DNA of 64,000 bases from Candidatus Eiseniibacteriota bacterium (GTDB taxonomy: Bacteria > Eisenbacteria > RBG-16-71-46 > JABDJR01), in assembly GCA_963783375.1 (NCBI GenBank), contig CAWANH010000028.1, positions 128,001-192,000 of the forward strand, given 5' to 3'. The notes beneath the pieces were generated by a model, which worked only from the letters and a program-made list of their open reading frames with translations, had not been told where the DNA came from and did not search any database. The position numbers were made by a program, and so were the translations under genes. Positions 40,201 to 49,200 of this stretch are shown in pieces; positions within the stretch are counted from its first letter, which is position 1; each line of letters starts with the position of its first letter.

Positions 40201-43200
40201 GAACTCCAGGCTCATCGAGTCGATGGCCTCGGTGTCCCCGGCCACGTCGGTGGCGGCGGCGAGGAAGGTGATCTCCCGGCTCAGATCCGGGCAGATCCCC
40301 GTTTCCTTGTCGGCCAGGTCGGCACGGATGACCGGCGGATCGGCCGGCATGTCCTGATCGCCGTCCTGACCGCTCAGGGTCTCGGGTCCGACCATGGTGA
40401 GCATGAAGTCGGGCGCGGTGTGATCCACGACCACCTTCACCACCGGCAGGTCGTCCGGCGTCCCGTCCCGGGGATCGCTGGTGTCCCCCTGGACGTTGCC
40501 GTCGGCGTCCGTCGCGTAGCTCCGGAGGTAGTAGGTCCCCTCGGCCACCGGATCGGTGTCCCAGTCCACGCTCCAGATCGCCTGGATCGGGGCAGGACCG
40601 GTCTGCAGAGCGTTGTCCACCCCGATCGTGGTCCAGGCGCCGGGCGCCCCGTCCACCTCGGGAGCCATCTGCAGCACGACGGTGGCCACGTCCTTGGAGT
40701 TCCACCCGGTCGCCCGTCCCCAGACCTCGACCGTATGGCTCAGGGCCAGGGTCGGATCGAACGGCTTCTTGAAGTTCCCGTCGAACTGCGGGTCCTCCGG
40801 GAAGCACGGCGAGTAGAACCGCGTGATCGCGGACAGCGGTCCGGTCTGGTCGTTGACGATGATGTTCCGGTTGCAGGCCAGCAGCGGATCGTCGCCCTGA
40901 TCGTTCCCGGCCATGTCGACCGCCCGCGCCCGGAGGGTCACGTAGAAGTCGGAGCCGAGCAGCTGACCGAGGAACGAGGTGTCCCACGTGCAGCTCCACC
41001 CGTCGCTTCCGTCGGCGTCCCACGTCGGGTCGTCGCTGTTGAGCGGCGTGCAGTCGATCGTGTTCCAGGACGAGCCGCCGTTCAGGCTGTACTCGAACTG
41101 GACGTAGTCGATGTCCGTGTCGCTGCTCGTGGCCGACATCTGGATGGTGTCGCCCAGGGCCACGATGTAGCCGTCCTGAGGCCAGCTCAGGCACGCCTGC
41201 GGCACCGCCGCGTCCACGGTGATCTCGCTGCAGACCGGCGGCGTCTGGGCCCGCGGGTGGCTGCACGAGTACCCCGTGTTGTAGCAGTCGTCCACCGTGA
41301 CCGCCCGCACCTGGTAGGTGTAGACCGCCTCGGCCGCGTCGTCGGTGACGCCGTCACGGTTGTTGTCGATCCCGTCGGTGAGCGGGTTCATCCAGGACGG
41401 CAGAGTAAAGGTGCCGCCCCAGCCGCCGTCGTAGTTCAGGAACACGGGTCCCGAGTCCTGATTCACGTCGTCGCGGTAGATGGTCCGCCAACGGGTACCC
41501 AGGTCGTCCATGGAGACCTGGACGATCATCGACGTCAGCTTGATCACGTCGGCGGTCGGGGTGCCGGTGTCCGGCGCCTCGACGTTGACCTGGAGCTGGG
41601 AGCCCGGGGCCACCGTGGTCTTGCTGAACCAGATGCTCTTCACCTTCTCCGGGGTCGGATCGTAGGTGACCCAGATCTGCCCCAGCGCACCGCCGAATCC
41701 GTTGCCGGACATCAAGTTGGTGCTGCTGTTCCCCGAGGTGTCGGCCACGGTCACGGTCACCGCGTTCAGGGTGTTCACCCCGAACAGGGCGCCCGGATCG
41801 GTGGTCGAGTAGTACCAGAGCTCGGCCGGAACGGAGATCGCCGACAGCGAGTGCCGCGGGTCGGCGAAGTTCGTGATCTGGTCGTCACCGTAGAGATCCA
41901 CGCTGAACGTGTACGCGTAGGTGCCGTCCAGCGGGAGGGTGGCCATGTAGGTGTAGACGCCGTCCCCGGCGACCTGGTCGCCGTTGGTGCCGTCGTCGTA
42001 CATCGTCGCGTTGGTCACGCTGATCCCGGGGACGCTGATGGTCACGTTCTCGACGGAGTCCGGGTTCACCGCCTTGGTGCTGAAGCCGTTGGCGGCGACG
42101 TCGGCCAGGTCGTCGATGTAGAGCGTGATCGGCATGGTGATCGAGGTGTCGCCGGTCAGCTTCGTGAAGTTGACCGCGGCGCCCTGACCGACCCGCATGG
42201 TGACCGAGTCCCAGTCGGAGCCGTCATCGAAGGCGATGGCGGCATCCGTCACGCCCGCCGCCTGGCCCGCGTCGATCAGGCGGGACGGGGTGACGAAGAA
42301 CTGCTCCTCGATGCCGGAGAGCTTCGACTTGCTGGAGCCGACGTCCCCAACCAGGTCGTTCCCACCCACGCTTTCGCAGAGGGGGTTCCCGGGCAGGTCA
42401 TCGTTCCGGTAGTCGAGGCCCCAGACCGAGAAGATCGGGGCTGCGGTGTCGTTGATCGGCCGCGCGAAGCCCTCGGTCACGCAGTCCTCGCCGCAGGGCG
42501 TGTACCCGTTGTAGGTACGGTAGACCGAAGCCATCAGGTCGTAGTGCGTGGTGGCCGAATAGTTCGGGACCGGCACCAGCCCGCCGCTGTCGGCATCCCA
42601 GGCCACCGAGTACGGGGACACGCTGTCCCCGCTGGCGATCAGGGTGCAGTCGGTGATGTTGTAGTCGAGCTTCACGACGTCGTCGGCGGCCATGGGTCCG
42701 CCGAACTCCAACTCGCCCGCTCCGGTGATGGTGTAGGCCATCTTGTCCCCGGGGGTCAGCGCCGCGAAGTCGGCCGTGGAGTACCACTGCGCCGCCGTGC
42801 CGTTCACCCAGACCGTTTCGCTCCCGTGCTGTCCGGTGGCGCCGTGGGCCCAGATGCTGTAGTCGGCGGTCGCCGTGTAGGGGTAGGCGTTCGAGACGCT
42901 CAGCATCTCGCCCACCACCCGCTCGGCATAGTAGAAGTTCACCGCGATGCCGGTGTTGTCGTTCGGATCGTCCAGCTCCGCCCGAAGGACCACTTCCTCA
43001 CCCGGCGTCAGGCTCGAGACCTCGATCCCGTTCTTGCTGACCGAGGTGATGTGAGCGGTCTGGCTGTTCAGGCTGAACCAGTATGGGTTCTTGAAGATCG
43101 GCGTCGCGTTCCCGTTGATGTCGTAGCCGCGAGGGAAGAACTGGTACACGCCGTCCGAGAGCCCCGAGACGTCCCAGGTGAACTCGTAGGGATAGGTCGT

Positions 43201-46200
43201 GTCGGGCATCACCGGCGTCGGCACGATGGCCCACGCCGTGGTGTCCGACGGGCTGTTCCCCGCGACCTTCCGGTACCAGAGCTCCACGCGTTCGATGGTC
43301 TGGCTGTCCTCGGCGGTGACCAGCATGTAGAGCGTGGTCGGCTCGAGGCAGAACGGGTTGGTCGTGCCGCGCAGCACCGTGTTGGCGTTGAGGGTATCGC
43401 CCTCGGCGGTCACGATGTACACGATGTCGGTCTCGGGACCGGTGTTCTCGCCGAGCACCACGCACGCCTTGCACGCGTTGGGCTCGTCGTCGAAGTTCCC
43501 GTTGCTGTCGTAGGCGACGGCCTTGAAGTTCGTCTGGGTGTCGGTGACGAACGGGATTTCCCCGTAGGGGAACACGCCGGTCCAGTCGGGACCGATGTTG
43601 TCCACCGCGAAGGACGTCCAGTTGTAGCCGCCGTCGGTGCTGTAGAAGAACTTCACGTAGGAGACGTCGCCGGACTCGCTGCCCGGGACCGCGGTGGCCA
43701 CGAAGGTCAGCGAATCCTGGGGAGCCACGTAGGGGCACTCGGGGCTGTAGGAGAGCGGGATCACCGCTCCGCCCGCCGCCGGAATGTACCCGGTCACGCA
43801 GAACTGGGGAGCGTTGACGTCGAAGCAGCACTCCTCGGTCCAGATGACGTCATCCGGCCCGCCCAGCCCGTCGTGGTCGACGTTCCCGAACTCGTCGGTG
43901 GCCACCGCGCGAACCGCGTAGCACCCGTTGAGGCCGGTCACGTCCCAGTTGGTCGACCAGACGTCGACGTTGTTGTCGCCGGATCCGTTGAGGCGGTTGT
44001 CCAGCATGATCCAGTCGGCGGCGTCGAGGCCGTCATCCTCGGTGTCCGCGTAGTACTCATGAGCGGCGAACGCGGTCAGGGTCGCTCCGGTCGCCGGAAC
44101 GATGCCTCCCGCCTCGAACCCGGAAACCGGGGTCTGCCCGCTGTAGGTCGCAGCGCCGGTCTGGTAGATCGGGTCCACCGGGTTGTACCCGTCTCCGTCC
44201 ACGTCGTAGTAGCGGTAGCCGCTCAGGTCGCCGTAGACGGCTCCCGGCAGATCCTCCACGTGGGCGGTACCGGCCCGCAGGACCACATCGCCCTTGGGAT
44301 CGTTCTGGATGCCGATCGTCGTCCAGCTCGCGGCGGGGAGGGGTTTCCCGTCCCCATCGATGTCCGCGGTGTACTGGAACTCGACCCGCTTCACCGCGGT
44401 GTCGTGGATGTACACGTTCGCGAAGAGGGTCTTGAGCGACGGCGTGTCGCCGTCCACGCACGGCTGGACGTAGGCGCGGAGCGCGATGTCGTCCACCGTG
44501 GCGGTGGCCACGCAGGTCATGTTGGCGTTCTGGTTGCCCTCGATGTCGTAGGCCACGGCCCGGAGGTCGTAGGACCCGACCGGAAGCCCATGGGTGTCCC
44601 ACGTGACGGTGGCCACCAGGGTGTCGCCGGTGGTGTGGATGATCGGGTGCTTGATCCCGGTCACGTCCACCAGGACGTCCGGAATGCCGTCACCCGAGGT
44701 ATCCACCGGAACCCCGGTCAGCGACGGAATCAGCTGCCAGGTTCCCGACCCGACCGGACGCATCTGGAACTCGATCCGCACCACGTCGTTGGTGGTGGAA
44801 TCGCCGTCACCGTCGGAGAAGCAGGCGGAAAGGTCCACCGCGCTCTCGACCGGCACGAAGGCGCCGTCCATCGGGTTGTAGTCGCTGCCGATCTGGCAGA
44901 GGCACGACCAGGGGGCCGTGCAGTCCGTGATGATCAGCTGCAGTTCGTAGCAGGACGTGTCCGGAACGTCGGGCGCCGTGAACAGGCTGTCGCAGAGCGC
45001 CTGGGGCTCGATGTTGCCGAACTTGTCCGTGGCGATGGTCCGGAAGTAGACCGTGTCCTGGCGGGCCGGCGGGTTGTTCCCGAGCGGAGCCTCGGAGTAG
45101 GACCACGGCAGGGTGAACGGCGCGCTGTAGTCGCTTCCGATCGTGGACCAGGCCGAGCCGTCCCACATCTGGAAGTCGACGTGATCCACGTCGTTCAGGT
45201 CGCCCGAAACGAGGTCCGCCTCGAGCGTGTACTCCTTCGGTTCGCCGTTGGTGTTGACGTCGCAGACCTGGATTCCGTTGGTCGGGTCCCCGTCCTTGTC
45301 CATCACGTCGTCGAACGGAGGCGGGGGAATCGACACGATCGGTCCGGTGCTGTCGATCTCGAAGCGCAGCGGGACCGCCCAGTTGGCGTTCCCCTGATGC
45401 GCCCAGTCGTAGGCGACCGCACGCACACGGTACTCGGTGCCGTCGGCCAGGTCGTACAGGCTCTTCAGAACCTTCATGTTGAGGTTCCGGCCGTTCTGAA
45501 CCCGGTAGTTGAAGGCGAAGGCCGTACCGTCGTAGTTGGTCGGCACCCACGGCGACAGGCCGTCGGTGTTGAACTGGTGCTGGGCGGAGATGATGTTGGG
45601 CCCGCCCAGGGCCAGGATCGGAGCCGCGAAGGTGTCCGCGCCCGCGGTGGCCGAACCGAAGACGTCCGGCTTGCCGGGGACCGCGTCACCCGAGGCCAGG
45701 GGACCGAAGTTCGCCGGGGCCTTCCCGTTGTTGGGGCGGCTTCCGCCGACGGTGCGGTCGTAGTTGGCGATGTTGTCGGGATCGTTGAATCCCTTCACCA
45801 GGATGTAGGTGTACGCCGGATTGGAGATCACCTGGCCCGCGGCGACGGTGATCCGGACGGCGCTCCCGTCCATGATCCCGTCTTCGTCGTCGTCGTTGGC
45901 GTAGGTGTAGTTCTCGACTTCCTCGGCGTTGTCCACCACCCCGTCGCCGTCGTCGTCGATCCCGTTGGAGGTCGACTCGTCGACGTTGAACCAGATGTAC
46001 TGTCCGTTGATCGGGTTCAGCCGGAAGAACGCGTCACCATCGTTGTCGATGTGATCGGCCTTCCGGAGGGTGGTGTCCATGGCGGCGGCGACCTGGACGT
46101 CCAGGGTGTCGATCCCGCCGTCGTTGTCGTCGTCGTACTCGGCGATGCCGGGCATCCCGTCGCCGTTGGCGTCGCCCGCCGGATCCAACGTCAGCCACGT

Positions 46201-49200
46201 GTAGGTGTCGAGATCGTTGGTGTCCGAGGCGATCTGGAGCCCGACGAAGATCACGTCGTCGTCGCTCAGGGTGGAGTCGGCCAGGTTGAAGAACGAGCCG
46301 ACGTCGCCCGCGGCGAGCTTGTAGACGTGGTCACCGGGCTCGATGATGTTCGCGGCCGCACCGCCGGTGGCGGTGGTCCAGTCCGCTTTCCGCTCCAGAT
46401 AGGAGATCTCGGAAACGGTCGGAGCCTGACTGTCCTCGACTCCCAGGAACCCGTCGTCGTTCACGATCCGGTGCTCGAGGCTGTACGAGGGGCAGTGAGC
46501 TCCGAGCTGGCTCACGAAGTTCGCGCCCTTCCCGCCCGACAGGGCGTTCATGTACGCGGTGAAGGTGGCGTTGTCGCCGTAGACCGAGTTGTCGGCCGCG
46601 TTGCTGCGGACGGCGTTGTCCTCGAAGTGGAGGATGGCCGGCACGTCTTCCAGCACCGCGAAGTTGGTCAGACCGTTCGGGTCGGCGACCAGGTCCGCCG
46701 TCTTGAGCTGGTACTTGAAGTAGTACCAACCGGCCTCGTCCGTATCGTTGGCGTCCAGATTCTGGTCGCCGGCGTCGTACAGGTGCGCGTGGTAGCCGGT
46801 GAGGTTCAGGTCGACGAAGGTCTCACCAGGGGTGTAGACGCCGTCGCCGTTCTCGTCCACGTACGGCTCGGGGAAGTCCATGCGGCCGTTCGCGGTGAAA
46901 GCCGGGAAGTTTCCGGCTCCAGGCTGGGCCACGTCCACCCAGTCATGGTCGTCGTCCACCAGGTTGGCACCCAGGGAGGTGATGAGGATGGAGTCCCCGC
47001 CTGCGGTGGTGACGTACTGGGACAGGTCGGCGTAGCCGTAGAGGAGGTTGTTGATCGCGGTCGCCGTGGTGACGGCCGCGTTGTCGTTGTCCAGGGAGTC
47101 GGCCGGATCGAAGAAGCGCGCCTTCACCCGGAGGGTGTCGTCCCCCGAATAGATCATGGACGCGTTCAAGGGATCGAAGGCCGTATCCAGGGTGGGGTTG
47201 AAGTTGTCGTTGAGGATCCGCGTCATCCCGGCGGATTCCTGCTCGGTGTTACCCACGACCTGGACGCTCACGAAGTAGAGCATGCTGTGCGCCGTGTTCT
47301 CCGGCGCGAGCTCGATCGGCCCGAAGGCCCCGTCCATCCCGAGGGTGTGGTCCACAACACCGGAACCCAGGAGGATGGTCCTCCCGGCGTCCGCATAGAC
47401 CCGCACGAAATTCGCGTTGGGCGGAGCGGAACCGGAGTCACCGCAGGCGTAGTGGACGCCCGGGGTGAGCTCGGCGTGATCCAATCCGAAGATGTGGATC
47501 ATGTCGTCGTCGAGGCCCTCCACGAAATCACGCGGGGCCGGGAGCCCCACGATGATGTTGCCGAGGGACTGGATGTCGGAGACGTTCCCCTCCGCGTCCA
47601 CGGTGACCGCGGCGATGTAGAGCGAGCTGCCGATGGACAGCGTATCGCCCTGGGTGTCCATGTCTCCGGGACCGGCCGGGAACACCGCCACCAGGTTCGG
47701 ATTGGGCTCACCCGGGTTGGGAAGCGCGATCGGCGTGTAGCGACCGGCGTTCAGGTTGTTCTGAACGTAGGAATCCTGGATCCCGTTGTTCTTCCGGGTG
47801 AAGAGAAGGGCGTAGGCCCGATCTTCCTGGCCGTCCAGGTGGAAGTGGTCGAAGAGCGTGTCGTCGTCCACCGAGGCGAAGTCGAAGTAGATGTTCGCCT
47901 GCGAGGGCGGATTGGCGTCCCGGATCCACGCGAAGGACGAGTCCGGGGAGGCGTTCACCCCGTCACCGGTGGACAGGGGGGTGCCGCTCAGGTACACGCG
48001 AGCGCCCTGCGTCCAGTTCCAGTGGGGCGAGTTGGTGTTCCCGATGTTCGCCGTGTTGGGCGAAACCGGGGACCAGCTCACGTGCTGGTTGGTGACGTCG
48101 AGACCGTAGGAGCCAAAGGCCGTGCTGTCCGGGGCCGCGGTGAGCGGCACGTCGAACCAGACGGTGAAGAAGTCCAGGCCGAGGGGAGCGCCGCCATCGT
48201 GGTAGTTGGTCATCACGATGATCGGCGAGGCCTCTACGGTAACCGCCGGGCCGGAAAGCGCCTGGAGGTCCTGGTAGTCGAGCACCTTGGTGGGATCGGC
48301 GATCGTGATCGTCGAGTCCACCGGGTTGGCGCTGAGGCCGGTGAGCACCAGCACGTTGTCGCCGTCGTCCGACGAGATGGCGCCGTAGGTGATGCCGCCG
48401 CCGATCGTGAAGACCCCGGTGTCCAGAGGGGCAAGGACGCCGATCTGGATGTCGTCGTCGAAGACCAGGGTCAGACGCCCGAGGCTGGCGCTGTAGCCGG
48501 CCCGAAGGAGGTGCGGGCCGAGGTTGTCGGTGAACGCCCAGCGCGGCGACATGTTCGGCTGCGCGGGAGTGTTCTGGCCGGCCGCGACGTTGTCACGGAT
48601 CCCCGTGAACACCCCGTTGCCGAACAGCTTGACCTTGGTGATGCCCGAGCGAATCTTGAGCTGGGCCAGGTTGTCCGTGAAGTTGACGTCCACGTACCGG
48701 TTGTTGGCCGCCCAGGTGATCGTGGGATTGGCGCCCGCGGTACCCAGTTCGGGGAAGGTGAAGGCGTTCCGGGCGTTTCCGCCGGTCGCCACCGCGCCCG
48801 CGGTGATCATGTGGGTGAAGTAGACCCGCAACACGTCGGAGGTGTTGCTGCCCAGGCCGGCCGCGGCACCGCCCGCCTGGACCTCGACCCGCGTGATCGC
48901 GGGACCGGTCTTGACCGGGATCCGCGAGGCGTCGTCGAGTTCGTTGCCGAGGTAGGGTGGGATCCGCCGGGGGTTCCGGAGCGCAACCGAGTCGGTGACC
49001 GCGCTCAAAGCCGTGAACCCCGAAGCCGGGAACCCGGTCACCTGCAGTACGTTCGTGTACTTGCCGGTGGTGGGGGCCACGGAGTTCGCCTGGTGATAGG
49101 CGAAGCTCAGACCGCTCTTCAGCGTGTCCGCCCCGCCCGTGCGGTAGAACACCAGGTCGTCGGACTGGAAGGTTGCGGGGTCCACCTCCTTGTCGAAGAC

